Positions 18,693 through 29,232 of a stretch of 64,000 nucleotides of DNA are shown here, in pieces. Under the pieces are notes generated by a model. The model saw only the letters and a list, made by a program, of their open reading frames with translations, was not told where the DNA came from and did no database searches. Source of the DNA: Rhodothermales bacterium (GTDB lineage: Bacteria; Bacteroidota; Rhodothermia; Rhodothermales; Bin80). The stretch lies in the NCBI GenBank assembly GCA_965261255.1, contig CBDHCQ010000004.1, positions 3,150,604-3,214,603 of the forward strand. The letters run 5' to 3'. Each line of letters opens with the position of its first letter. Position 1 is the first letter of the stretch. The position numbers were made by a program, and so were the translations under genes.

Positions 18693-20381
18693 TTACGTGT
18701 CGATTGCTTTCAGAATTATCAGAGTACGATCGTCACTTAGTGCGGTAACGGGTCCCGTGAAATTTTCTATATCATTTTGGACCAATTCAATAAGGGAAGC
18801 TGGCGAGCGACTGCGGTTTTCCGTGAGGAGGTCCAGAAGCCGCTGTTCGGTGTACTCTTCCATCGCTTCCCCCATGGCTTCGGTTACACCGTCGGTAAAA
18901 AGTACGATAAAATCATCGGGGGCCAGCGTAATGTATCCCGGAAAATATGGAACGTCTGGAATGATACCGAGAAGTGGTCCACCATCTGTAAGACGTTCAA
19001 CCTCTCCATTCGCACGAATGAGTAGGGGAGCTTCGTGTCCGGCATTCACAAACGAGAGGGACCTGTCCGGGTAATAAATGGCTGCAAAGGCAGTTATGAA
19101 CTTATCTGCAGCCGTATTCTCATATAAGACGCAATTAGTGCGTTCAATCGCTTCCTGGAGTGTTAGGTCCATTGGCAGCATAACGTGCGTACACGCGTGG
19201 ATGCTGGACATCAGGAGCGCTGCGGGCGCGCCTTTGCCGGTAACGTCCGCAATCATGAAAAGCGTGCGGTCTTTGGTAATGGATACGATATCAAAGTAGT
19301 CTCCTCCAACCTCCCGGCTCGGCAACGCGAGCGTGGCGACTTCCAGTCCAGGAATCTCCGGAATCGAAGCTGGCAGCAGATTGCGCTGAATCTCGCGGGC
19401 CATGCGAAGCTCCTCTTCCAGCCTTTGCCTGGCGATACGCTCTTCTACTAGTTCAGCATTTTGAATGGAAGTCACCGCCAGACTGCCCAGAGCATAGAGG
19501 AACTCAATGTCTTTGCGGTAATAGGGTGCCCGATTCATTTTTGCTCCCAAGCAAAGTACTCCATGCACTGCCCCCTGCTGCTGGATTGGCAGGGCAATCG
19601 CCATATTGTTCCGATCCAGTATATCCCCCGGCTCCGCCCTAGTGAGATCTTCAACGCTCGATAGAAATTCGAGATCAACGGCATCGGTACTTGTTCGTCC
19701 ACTTGATACCAGTTCGAAAGTATTCTCCTGGCGCTTCAGGTAAAACAAATGGTTCTGGACAACCATGTGGCCCATGAGCGCGAACGAAAAGATCTTCAAT
19801 ACCCGCTCACGGTCTACAGTGGCATTGAACTCTTTGGACAACTCAAAAAGTGTATTGAGCTGCTGTACGGTGTTGTCCAAATCCAGATTCGTTTGCCGCA
19901 ACTTTTCCACAATCAGTGAATTGCGGACGGCAGCCGTCGACATGTTTACCATTGACTGCACAAATTCAAGCTCTGTTTTTTCGAAGTGTCCTCCGATGAG
20001 CTTGCTACCCAGTGCAATAGCACCGACTTCTTCGTGCTTCTCGCGAATGGGTAGTAGCAAATGGATCCCAAGAACTTGCAGAGTGGCAGGCAATGCGTCG
20101 CCCGAGGCTACCGCATCCTGTGTCAGCGGCGGCAGCTCAAGGTAGTCGCCCTCCTTGATCTCGGGAATCCCTTTAACCACAACCGCATGCCATTTACGCT
20201 CTCCAGGATCGTACAAGAGCGCTATCCCCCGAGTAACCAATAGCCTGCCCATAGCCGTCAGAAGCAGGTTGCCAAGAAAGGAGTGCAGCTCCGAAGAACT
20301 GCTCAATGCCTGGCTGGTCTGGAACAGCGTCTGCAGGTCGTATCGCTGTGCTTGCTCAGCCCGAGGGGCTGTCTTTTTCAT
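18693..20381 (-). CDS. GAF-domain-containing PP2C/SpoIIE-family serine phosphatase
   Basis: Two GAF-like regions followed by 'GGDYFD...ADVTGKGAPAALLM...FTDGVTEA' SpoIIE/PP2C motifs. Confidence 0.85.
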   Translation of the reverse strand: MKKTAPRAEQAQRYDLQTLFQTSQALSSSSELHSFLGNLLLTAMGRLLVTRGIALLYDPGERKWHAVVVKGIPEIKEGDYLELPPLTQDAVASGDALPATLQVLGIHLLLPIREKHEEVGAIALGSKLIGGHFEKTELEFVQSMVNMSTAAVRNSLIVEKLRQTNLDLDNTVQQLNTLFELSKEFNATVDRERVLKIFSFALMGHMVVQNHLFYLKRQENTFELVSSGRTSTDAVDLEFLSSVEDLTRAEPGDILDRNNMAIALPIQQQGAVHGVLCLGAKMNRAPYYRKDIEFLYALGSLAVTSIQNAELVEERIARQRLEEELRMAREIQRNLLPASIPEIPGLEVATLALPSREVGGDYFDIVSITKDRTLFMIADVTGKGAPAALLMSSIHACTHVMLPMDLTLQEAIERTNCVLYENTAADKFITAFAAIYYPDRSLSFVNAGHEAPLLIRANGEVERLTDGGPLLGIIPDVPYFPGYITLAPDDFIVLFTDGVTEAMGEAMEEYTEQRLLDLLTENRSRSPASLIELVQNDIENFTGPVTALSDDRTLIILKAIDT

Positions 20382-20390
20382 GCGCCAAGG

Positions 20391-21074
20391 CTAAAGATCA
20401 AAAGACTCACCTGGTTTCAGTACACGAGTAGCTAGATTAATCGCGTTCATAGATGATTGCCAAGCGTCGGTGTCCGCCTCTATCGGTGGATATGTGTCAA
20501 AGTGGACAGGAACTGTAAGATTGGGGTTGAGCATGCGTGCTGCTCTTAATGATCCCTGAATTCCCATGGTAAATAGGTCACCAATCGGCAGAAATGCCAG
20601 ATCTATATCATGGTCTTCACCGATCCAGGCCATTTCTGTAAAGGGACATGTGTCACCCGAATTGTAAACACAAAGTCCTTCGGCGAAGAGAAGATAACCG
20701 TTGGGGTTGCCACCATAGGTGCCGTCCGGTAAAGAGGATGAATGTCGTGCATACGTCTGTGTCAATTTCCCCCATTCGAAAGTGCACGATCCTCCCGTAT
20801 TCATGGGCTGTACGTTCTCATGCCCTTGTTTGTATGTATACTCGGTAATTTCGTGATTTCCGACAATTTGCGCACCGGTTCGCTCCGCAATCGCCAGCGT
20901 ATCCCCCCAATGATCAAAATGGGCGTGCGTTAAAATAATGACATCGGGGGATAGGGAATCGGCAGTTGTAATTTTCTCCGCTATAGGATTGCCCGTGATA
21001 AAAGGGTCAAAGAGCAAGATCTTGTCGTTCGTTTCCACTTGTAGCACAGAGTGTCCAAAGTAGGTGATTTTCAT
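20391..21074 (-). CDS. UPF0173-type MBL-fold metal-dependent hydrolase
   Basis: 'MKITYFGHSVLQVET...ILFDPFITGNP...ILTHAHFDH'. Confidence 0.85.
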   Translation of the reverse strand: MKITYFGHSVLQVETNDKILLFDPFITGNPIAEKITTADSLSPDVIILTHAHFDHWGDTLAIAERTGAQIVGNHEITEYTYKQGHENVQPMNTGGSCTFEWGKLTQTYARHSSSLPDGTYGGNPNGYLLFAEGLCVYNSGDTCPFTEMAWIGEDHDIDLAFLPIGDLFTMGIQGSLRAARMLNPNLTVPVHFDTYPPIEADTDAWQSSMNAINLATRVLKPGESFDL

Positions 21075-21076
21075 GA

Positions 21077-22720
21077 TTATTTAGTAAGCAGAATTTGTCG
21101 TGTCTGGACGGTCCCGTTCAGCCCCTGGAGGCGCACGAAATACGTTCCACTCGGCCATTCGTTAGCATCCCAGCTTGATTCAAACGTGCCGGGCTCATGT
21201 TGCCTGTCAACCAGTACTGCAACTAGATGCCCCGAAAGGTCAATTATGGAAAGCTGCAGATGCTGAGATTCCCGAACCTCATAGGTAATTGAAGTACGAG
21301 GGTTGAATGGGTTCGGGTAATTCCCTACAATTTCAGCGGGAGGCGGCTCGCTTTGGGGGGCCAGGCCAAGTTTGATCGTTCCCACTATCCGTGGAGGCCG
21401 GTTTTGAGTCTCTTGAACCAGGCGATAGAATACCACACGACTAGGAGGCTCGAGATCTGTGTAGGACCACGGTGTGTTCAGGGATGAATATTCAATGCGT
21501 GTTAGTCTTTCGAATCCCAAACCATCTTCCGAGCGCTCAATCAGAAACGCCTTCGAGGCCGGATCCTCATCTTTCCAGGTAAGTGTTACTCCCTCATCAA
21601 AGGCAATCCCGCGAAAGCTGTGAACAAGTGGACCAAATGAGGGCCCGCCCGGAACGCGGTAACGGATTGCATTTCCCTCCCTAAAGGATCCAAAGCTCTC
21701 TCTGGATTCAAAATCGAGCGCAAGTGCACTCCCTTGGGGGGACTCCTGTTGCATCGTAGCGTGAATCTGTAGTCCAGTTCGAGCCACGGGCCACACGCGC
21801 AGTTCGTCAAGCTCACCAACGAATTCAACCTCCTGCTCGCCGACGCGTCCACCCAGAGCAAGAGGATATGTACCACCTAGATGAATATCGGCAGGATCCA
21901 GCAAGGAGTCAGCCTTTGCACCATTGACGTAGAGTTGTGTCCAATCTGTTTCGGCATCATGAACCAGGGCAACGTGGTGCCAGGTACCGTCAGCCACGGG
22001 AAATTCGGTGGCCAGTGTGACGTGATGTCCAATCGTGTTGCGGTAATACCTAATGCGTCCCTGAGGGTCAATCATGAATTCTATCGGATAGGGGCTGTCG
22101 GTTGCCCCGTTCCAAGTAGATAGAATTACCGCATCCAGCACAGTCGTTCGGATCCAGAATTCAAGTGTATGGCTGCCCAGCAATACTTCGAGTGACTGCG
22201 ACTGGACATGAAGGGCATTGAAATCCTTTTCGAAGGCCAACGCATATCCGAAACTGGCATCGGATTTGGAGCGTAGCTCGCCTCGGCGAATATGGGCCTC
22301 GTCGGGCACATAGGTTGAACCCATCTTTACCGCTGGGGCTATTGAGAACCTGGAATTCCAGAACGTGTCGTCCTTGCTGGTCTCTACCTGCACAATAATA
22401 TCGTAAGTTCTGCGGAGCGGTTCTGAGGGTAGCAGCAGGTATTGGCCATTAGGAAGGCTTACCACATCAAGAGTCACATGGCGATGGGCCTGACGTACCC
22501 CGGTTGCAGTATTTAGTCCCCATCCAGACGGCAATGAGACTACGAACCCCTCATCAGCCGATACACCGTTCCAGCTGGCAAAAAGATTGATTGATGTTCC
22601 TGGTTCGTACGTAGAGGGATACCATATATCTGTATCTGGCGCTTGTGCAACGGAACCGGCTATCTGGACCAGAGTCCAGACGGGCAGAAGCAACAATAAG
22701 GAACCTGTACGACGAAACAT
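21077..22720 (-). CDS. Secreted LamG (concanavalin-A-like lectin) domain protein with T9SS C-terminal sorting domain
   Basis: Start moved to ATG 22720 (MFRRTGSLLLLLPVWTLVQIAG signal peptide). 'WHHVALV...LYVNG...GELDELRVW' LamG pattern. C-terminal 'GNYPNPFNPRTSITYEV...GTYFVRLQ' CTD. Confidence 0.8.
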   Translation of the reverse strand: MFRRTGSLLLLLPVWTLVQIAGSVAQAPDTDIWYPSTYEPGTSINLFASWNGVSADEGFVVSLPSGWGLNTATGVRQAHRHVTLDVVSLPNGQYLLLPSEPLRRTYDIIVQVETSKDDTFWNSRFSIAPAVKMGSTYVPDEAHIRRGELRSKSDASFGYALAFEKDFNALHVQSQSLEVLLGSHTLEFWIRTTVLDAVILSTWNGATDSPYPIEFMIDPQGRIRYYRNTIGHHVTLATEFPVADGTWHHVALVHDAETDWTQLYVNGAKADSLLDPADIHLGGTYPLALGGRVGEQEVEFVGELDELRVWPVARTGLQIHATMQQESPQGSALALDFESRESFGSFREGNAIRYRVPGGPSFGPLVHSFRGIAFDEGVTLTWKDEDPASKAFLIERSEDGLGFERLTRIEYSSLNTPWSYTDLEPPSRVVFYRLVQETQNRPPRIVGTIKLGLAPQSEPPPAEIVGNYPNPFNPRTSITYEVRESQHLQLSIIDLSGHLVAVLVDRQHEPGTFESSWDANEWPSGTYFVRLQGLNGTVQTRQILLTK

Positions 22721-22815
22721 GCCCTCAAGTCCTGAGGCAGGTACCCCGTTTCCCTCACGTAAGCAAGCGCGGGATAATAAGGTAGGGAATAAATCACCTT
22801 CCTGCCATTTAGGGG

Positions 22816-23271
22816 CTATTCCCAACTGGCAGCGTTCAGAAGTGTGATGTCTGGTATATTTGACCCGATCTGGTCTTCGGAATCCGGGTCCTGCAACAGA
22901 TAAATGGCGACCCTGCCAGTATCATTCAGACTGTACCCGAACGCACTGCCTGTGCGGGGAGAGAATATGAGAGAGTCCAACAGGGTGCCCATCCCGAAAA
23001 TGCTATCTGGGTTGGCAGAGACTACCGAATCGGCCTGGAGCCACATGACCAAGGAATCAAGCGTCCCAGGGAAGCTCCCTTCAGCACGCTCATAACGGGT
23101 CAGCGCGTTTCGAACGTGGGTCATCTGCTGACGCGTCATTTCTGTCAGTGCCTGCTGACGTTCGACAGCATCCCAAGGCTCCGTTATGGAACGATAAAGC
23201 CATATTCCCAGCACTATAATCAGGACAGCCATCAAGACTTGAATAGCGATTTTAACGTTATTATTGACCAT
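22816..23271 (-). CDS. Hypothetical N-terminally membrane-anchored protein
   Basis: Single N-terminal TM (IAIQVLMAVLIIVLGIWLY). No recognisable motif. Confidence 0.55.
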   Translation of the reverse strand: MVNNNVKIAIQVLMAVLIIVLGIWLYRSITEPWDAVERQQALTEMTRQQMTHVRNALTRYERAEGSFPGTLDSLVMWLQADSVVSANPDSIFGMGTLLDSLIFSPRTGSAFGYSLNDTGRVAIYLLQDPDSEDQIGSNIPDITLLNAASWE

Positions 23272-23435
23272 TACTATATGCAGCCGTTTAAGGAGGCTTA
23301 ATTTAGGGAATTATGTAACTAGCTGCACTATAACTCGCTACAGCTCGTTTGGTTGAGTATCCTGCTCACCAAGATAAACAACGAACGCATTTGTATAAAC
23401 CATCGCCTGTGTGTTTCGTTTGAGCAGGACAAACG

Positions 23436-24182
23436 GTGAATGGATCCTTGACAAGGTTATTGATCAATATCGATCATGTCGCGACATTGCGGAATGCGCG
23501 CCGTGAAGCATTCCCCGATCCGGCGGAGGCTGCACGTTTATGCGAAGCATCCGGCGCAGACGGGATCGTGTTTCATTTGCGGGAGGATCGTAGGCATATA
23601 CAGGATCACGATGTGGTTCGGCTTAAGCAGGTGGTCCGCGGAAAGCTGGATTTCGAACTCTCTACGAACGAGGAAATGGTCTCGATCTGCTGTGCTACGC
23701 ACCCGGATCTGGCCACACTTGTCCCGGAGCGGCGTGAGGAGATCACCACCGAGTGTGGACTCGACGTTATAAGGCGTCAGACCGTTCTGTCGGATACGGT
23801 TGCTCGGCTGCGGCAGGCGGGTATTGATGAGGTTGCGCTTTTTGTTGATCCGGATCTAGACCAGATTCGTGCAGTCCGTGATACTGGCGCATCGGCCATC
23901 GAGCTGCACACAGGTGATTTTGCGAATGCGGCCGCTGGCGAAGAGCAGTTGTACGAGGTCCAAAAATTAGCACGGGCAGCAGATGTGGCAAACGAGTGTG
24001 GTCTCACGATTCATGCAGGGCATGGGCTGGATTACAACAATTACGACCTGTTTGCACGCTCGGTGCCTCATGTACGCGAAGTGTCCATCGGATTTGCAAT
24101 CGTTGCACGTTCTGTTTTTGTGGGTCTGGGTGCTGCCGTGACAGAAATGGCCCAATTGGTTAAAGGGCATCATGTCTCCTGA
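23436..24182 (+). CDS. pdxJ: Pyridoxine 5'-phosphate synthase
   Basis: 'LLINIDHVATLRNAR...HLREDRRHI...ELHTG...HAGHGL'. GTG start as in the track. Confidence 0.9.
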   Translation: MNGSLTRLLINIDHVATLRNARREAFPDPAEAARLCEASGADGIVFHLREDRRHIQDHDVVRLKQVVRGKLDFELSTNEEMVSICCATHPDLATLVPERREEITTECGLDVIRRQTVLSDTVARLRQAGIDEVALFVDPDLDQIRAVRDTGASAIELHTGDFANAAAGEEQLYEVQKLARAADVANECGLTIHAGHGLDYNNYDLFARSVPHVREVSIGFAIVARSVFVGLGAAVTEMAQLVKGHHVS

Positions 24183-25050
24183 GGACTTCAGGAGTGGCTA
24201 CGTTGCTCTGATCGGTAAACCTAACGTGGGGAAGAGTACGCTGCTGAACGCCCTTCTGGGACAAAAACTCTCTATTGTCAGCCCCAAAGCACAAACGACC
24301 CGTCACCGCATACTGGGGATCCTGACAGAACAGGACTGCCAGATCATTTTTCTGGACACACCAGGGATCATGCAACCGAACACCAGGCTGGATCAGTCCA
24401 TGATGCGGAAGGTCAAGGAATCCGTATCCGATGCTGATCTAGTCGTCTTTATGGCTGATGCGCGCGCAGCTGAACCTGATCTCCACAGTCTTGAAAGCAT
24501 AGTGCATCGCCCGGCTATTCTGGCAATCAATAAAATTGATTTGGTGAAGCAGGAGACCGTGCTGCCCATGGTTGAGGCGTACATGGGTTTAAGGTCCTTT
24601 GAGGCAGTCGTGCCTATCAGTGCACTGAAGGGCATCAAACTGACAGCACTTATGCAGGAAATTCGGGAGCGCTTGGCACCAGGACCGGCCTTTTATCCCG
24701 CCGGAACACTCAGTGAGCATCCCGAACGATTCTTTGTGTCTGAGATTATCAGGGAAAAGGTTTTTGAGAAATTCAGGCAGGAAGTCCCCTATTCAGTTGC
24801 AGTGACGATTGTAAACTTTGTCGAACGCCCTGCGCAAAAGGACTTGATCGAGGCTGATATTATTGTGGAGACTCCCAGCCAAAAGGGTATCCTGATTGGC
24901 TCAGGAGGCACTGCACTCAAGAGCATCGGGATCGCGGCACGCCAGGACATAGAGGTATTTCTGAGCCGAAAGGTGTACTTGAAACTGTTTGTCCGCGTGC
25001 GAAAACACTGGCGCAACCGCGAGGCCTTCTTGCGTAGCTTTGGCTATTGA
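24172..25050 (+). CDS. era: GTPase Era
   Basis: 'GKPNVGKSTLLNAL', 'DTPG', 'NKID', C-terminal KH domain. Overlaps pdxJ by 11 nt. Confidence 0.95.
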   Translation: MSPEDFRSGYVALIGKPNVGKSTLLNALLGQKLSIVSPKAQTTRHRILGILTEQDCQIIFLDTPGIMQPNTRLDQSMMRKVKESVSDADLVVFMADARAAEPDLHSLESIVHRPAILAINKIDLVKQETVLPMVEAYMGLRSFEAVVPISALKGIKLTALMQEIRERLAPGPAFYPAGTLSEHPERFFVSEIIREKVFEKFRQEVPYSVAVTIVNFVERPAQKDLIEADIIVETPSQKGILIGSGGTALKSIGIAARQDIEVFLSRKVYLKLFVRVRKHWRNREAFLRSFGY

Positions 25051-26171
25051 CAAACAACGCGAAGCCCGTCACGTACGGTTCGCAGGAGGAAGGATGGGAT
25101 TCCTGTAACCCGATGTCTGTCAAAAGCCCTCCTCGGGGGGTAGTTGCGGCGGAGTCGGCGGAATTTTCCGGCTACCTGATCACGAGGCATGTTGAGCAGC
25201 ATCCGCATCCGGGCATCATCTGCCCGGATATCATACAAACGCCGGATTAGGCGATCAAGCCAGGTGGAGCCGGGCTCAACGTCAATTGAAATTGGAGGAG
25301 GCAGGTCCTGCTGCAGTACCCGCTCAAAATCCCAGGTCGGCTGAATTCCAAAGTAATCTGTAACTGCCCTATAAAGCATTACTGTGCCTTGAAGCTTTCC
25401 GTCCACCGAATGGCCGGCAATATGAGGAGTCCCCAATGTCACTTGTTGCAGTAACTCCAAGTCAGGAGCAGGTTCGTTCTCCCATACATCAAGAACTGTA
25501 GCACCAATCCTGCCGGTATCAAGTACTTCGCTGAGTGCAGTGTTGTCGATTACCGAACCTCTTGAAGTGTTCAGGAGCCACACCCCTGGTTTCATGGATT
25601 GCAAGGCAGAATTGCCAATGAGGTGATTTGTCTCTGGTGACCCAGGCACGTGCAGTGTGATGATGTCTGACTCAGCCAATATGGTTTGCAGGTCTACGAA
25701 CCCCGAGTGGCCAGCATTGGCGAGAGGGGGGTCGTTTTTCAGGATATGGAGGCCAAAAGCTGCTGCTCGCACTGCAAGTCTACCGCCTATGTTACCACAG
25801 CCCACGATGCCGAGCGTGAGCCCAGCAAGCGGACGCATCTCAAGAGCACTCAGTCGGATGAGTGCAGACAGAACATACTCGACGACCGAGTCCGCATTCG
25901 ACCCTGCTGCATGCGTGAACTGGATACCTCGTTTACGCAAATATGTCCGATCGATATGGTCAAAACCGGCGGTTGCAGACCCTACAAATCGCACCCGACT
26001 CCGCGAAAGCAGGGACTGGTCAACGCGTGTGACACTTCTGACCAGCAGTATATCGGCTTCGGCACAGACCCTGTCAGTTATTGATTCAGCATTCAGTACA
26101 TGTACATCCCCTATGGAGGCAAAGGCCTGGCCAACATGCGGAATATTTTCATCTGCAATCGTCAAAAACAT
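25044..26171 (-). CDS. pdxB: 4-phosphoerythronate dehydrogenase
   Basis: Co-linear with E. coli PdxB (DENIP..., 'GIVGCGNIGGRL' NAD fold, 'HIAGHS', C-terminal 'YDIRADD...LRRNYPPRR' dimerisation domain). Convergent 7-nt overlap with era. Confidence 0.9.
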   Translation of the reverse strand: MFLTIADENIPHVGQAFASIGDVHVLNAESITDRVCAEADILLVRSVTRVDQSLLSRSRVRFVGSATAGFDHIDRTYLRKRGIQFTHAAGSNADSVVEYVLSALIRLSALEMRPLAGLTLGIVGCGNIGGRLAVRAAAFGLHILKNDPPLANAGHSGFVDLQTILAESDIITLHVPGSPETNHLIGNSALQSMKPGVWLLNTSRGSVIDNTALSEVLDTGRIGATVLDVWENEPAPDLELLQQVTLGTPHIAGHSVDGKLQGTVMLYRAVTDYFGIQPTWDFERVLQQDLPPPISIDVEPGSTWLDRLIRRLYDIRADDARMRMLLNMPRDQVAGKFRRLRRNYPPRRAFDRHRVTGIPSFLLRTVRDGLRVVCQ

Positions 26172-26265
26172 GTATCTAAATCTGAAATTTTACGTAGTAC
26201 GGCAACTTACCGTGTATTCCATACCCGTGTCGGGATGGTCAATGCGGTTTATTTGCATATGGTAA

Positions 26266-26937
26266 ATGAACATGTATATCGCGAGAAAGGCTATTGGCTG
26301 GTGCTCGTTGTTAGTGCTTCTGGCGGCGTTTTTGCTACCTGGGAGGACTGTCCTTGCACCGCCTTCTAGTGTAAATGTTTGTGTTTCCGGTGAGTCACCC
26401 TCACCATTCGCCACGCCTTCGTATGAAGAAACACGCGCTGCGCTTCTGAATCCTTGGGGCATTAGACCGGTCCATTCCGGGAATATTGACGCAGGAACCT
26501 TGTGGCTGGCTCGAGCGATGTTTTCGGAGAGCAAGAGGCATGACGAGCAGGAACTGGTTGGTTGGGTAGTGCGGAATCGAGTTGAATCTGAGCATCGCGG
26601 GTGCGATTCTTACAGAAGTTGTGTACTGGATCCATTTCAGTTCAGTGCTTTCATTGAAAGCTACCCTACGTCGAGCTATTACATCGGCTTGGATTTGATG
26701 CCCAGTTCATTAAGGATTCCTGGTTGGAAAAAAACCTTAGCGCTGGCCTACCACATCCGGCATGCTGATGATCAATTGCGTCCGTTCCCTCGTACCGTTC
26801 TCCATTTTTACAGCGAACAGTCCTTGATGGACCCGGAGGTCCTTCCTGAGTGGGCCAGGGATTGGACTCCGATAACACCCGCGCGTGATTTCCAATTGGA
26901 CGAGGGGCGATTCCGCTTTTACTCTGGCATACCGTAG
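26266..26937 (+). CDS. Secreted cell-wall hydrolase (SleB/Hydrolase_2-like)
   Basis: Signal peptide. 'LARAMFSESKRHDEQELVGWVVRNRVES...CVLDPFQFSAF' matches the SleB-type pattern. Confidence 0.7.
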   Translation: MNMYIARKAIGWCSLLVLLAAFLLPGRTVLAPPSSVNVCVSGESPSPFATPSYEETRAALLNPWGIRPVHSGNIDAGTLWLARAMFSESKRHDEQELVGWVVRNRVESEHRGCDSYRSCVLDPFQFSAFIESYPTSSYYIGLDLMPSSLRIPGWKKTLALAYHIRHADDQLRPFPRTVLHFYSEQSLMDPEVLPEWARDWTPITPARDFQLDEGRFRFYSGIP

Positions 26938-27400
26938 GGGCTCTGCTGGCTTCCAGAAATCAGCAGTATCCGACTTATCTGCGAGATGCGATGGCGTCGT
27001 AGCCTGCTCTGGGTTGGCTACCTTTGTGCTGTGCATCGGGCTGCTTCAATGCGGATATGCTAGAAGATTGAAAAAGCGTCTGTTCAGTTACTGTACTCGT
27101 TTGTGAGCATCCCCTTGGTTGGGTGCTAATGTCTTATGGGATATGAAGGCCGGATTGCCTTTCTAAAATGCGGATTTTCACAGGGTAGAGCCGAATTGTC
27201 GCCCACGCGCACCCCGGCCACCGGAATCCGCAAGAATCCATCGCAAGGCACGCTGTGGATCCACCACTTAACTTACGGGCTGGAAATGCCGTTGGGCTAT
27301 GTAGTGTAAGCAATGGCCATATCTGCTACCGATTAAGATTAATATGTACGGTTTGTGAATCTGGCCCCTCAAATCCCGCATCCAGCACGAGATTGCAAAA

Positions 27401-28594
27401 ATGGCCACACCCAATCAGGATCAAGGAAGCCTTGTGGTCGCGCTTGTCTTGCTCCTTAGGGCCTGCTCCCAGCAAGCACCATCCGAAACCGGGACCGTCG
27501 ACAACTCCAACGTGGAGACCGTAACCAGCATCCCCGCGAATTCGAAGGCGACTTGCACACTCAGTGAAGAACCCGTCTTGGTCATCGGCGATGACGAGAA
27601 AGATGACAGCCAATGGTTCTCTTGGATCCGAGGGATGGGACGTCTGTCAGATGGATCCGTCGCGGTGGTTGATCGCACGTCGGCTGAAGTTCGCATTTTC
27701 GACGCGTCGGGGCGTCACCTACGATCAATGGGCCAGCGCGGCGAAGGCCCCGGTGAGTTCACCGACCCCTTTAAACTATGGATCACGGCAGGCGACACGC
27801 TTTGGGTGGGAAACACCGGGGCTTGGAGCTACACTGTATTCACGGCCCGGGGCCAATTCGTCCGGAGGATCGTGCTCGATCCGGTGTATTCGAACACGTC
27901 AAGTGCTGGAGGCGTGCTCGAAAACGGGTACACTGTGAACGCCAGACAGGTAGGAACGCGCACCCCGGACTTTGACGTTCCAGACACGATGATAGTAGAG
28001 ATCCACGATTCCGATGGGAAGTTTATCGGCAACATCGCCCGGATTCCCCACTTAACCTATGGACACGTCAATGAAGCCCCCGGGGTCGGGTTCTACCCGC
28101 TCTTTGAAGCAAGCGCCGAAGTTGACGCGCTGGGGTCAACCATTGTGCTGGCACACGGTAGCAAACCTGAGGTACAGGTTCTGGACGATGAATCCAACTT
28201 ACAAATGATCGTCCGCTGGTCAGATCCAAACCGCGAGGTTACGCGTGCCGACATGCGCGCCTGGCGCGAGGATTACCGAGAGCGCCATAGTTCTTCTGAC
28301 TGGGATCAGTATGATGACGCCGTAATTAGCCCAGAGCGTCCAGTGGCCGACGTTTTCCCAGCTATGTCTAGTGTCAAGGTTGGTCGTGACGGCCGCATCT
28401 GGGTCCGCCAATACGACCGGCCCCGGGAAGATCGTGGATGGCTCGCCTTCGGAACTGACGGCAAATTCTTTTGTCACATGGCCCAGCCCCCCGGCGATGT
28501 TTGGGAATTCGGAGCCGACTACATGCTCCTGCTTCACGAGTCCGAACTTGGGGTTGAAACCGTTAGGATGCATCGCCTCACGTCACCTTCTTAG
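27401..28594 (+). CDS. Lipoprotein, beta-propeller-like family, paralogue B1 ('GEGPGEF' subfamily)
   Basis: Lipobox LLLRAC. 'VLVIGDDEKDDSQWF...DRTSAEVRIFDASGRHLRSMGQRGEGPGEF'. Alignable with A1-A3 along its length. Confidence 0.85.
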   Translation: MATPNQDQGSLVVALVLLLRACSQQAPSETGTVDNSNVETVTSIPANSKATCTLSEEPVLVIGDDEKDDSQWFSWIRGMGRLSDGSVAVVDRTSAEVRIFDASGRHLRSMGQRGEGPGEFTDPFKLWITAGDTLWVGNTGAWSYTVFTARGQFVRRIVLDPVYSNTSSAGGVLENGYTVNARQVGTRTPDFDVPDTMIVEIHDSDGKFIGNIARIPHLTYGHVNEAPGVGFYPLFEASAEVDALGSTIVLAHGSKPEVQVLDDESNLQMIVRWSDPNREVTRADMRAWREDYRERHSSSDWDQYDDAVISPERPVADVFPAMSSVKVGRDGRIWVRQYDRPREDRGWLAFGTDGKFFCHMAQPPGDVWEFGADYMLLLHESELGVETVRMHRLTSPS

Positions 28595-29232
28595 CCTGCA
28601 TATGAAACACAGACGGTGCAAACCCAGCCTTGTCAAAGGTATTCTTTGTGGAAGCAACCTGCTTGGGTAAACTAGCATCTTTTTACGTGCAGAACCGCGG
28701 ACCTTTGGGGAATCTTGATGAGGTCCGGCTGCTGTCTCCTCACATTTCCCGTTTGAGTCCAGCGTATTGCTCCCGCGTACAGTCTTTCTCAGCAGTCCGT
28801 CGTCAGCTCGCTCGGAGCCTTGGCGAGACGGAGATTTCTATGAGCAGCCGGATCGCTAATTCCTGCCTTCGCGGCGGCCGTCTTGATCTTCATTTTATTC
28901 GTCCGTCAAGTTGAAAAACAGCTTTACCCGCTGATCGATGATCCAGTTTGAGGGATGTTAGTGAATCATCTTGATCCTCTCACGCACTTAGTGGATCACC
29001 TGAAAAACTAAAATTCTCATTGGCGCTGGAAACGCATACCTGCATTAGCCTAAGGCGAGCAACATGAAGCCAACTCCACGCTGATCCTACAGCTTAGGCT
29101 GGCGGTTCTTACTGCGTGTTTTGATGCTCTGGTGTTGATCGCGCACAACTGAGACTCAAAACAGTAACCGCCACCAGAATGCGCGCATCACCCACACGCA
29201 CGATTTAGATGATCCGCAGTGATCGCTAGCGC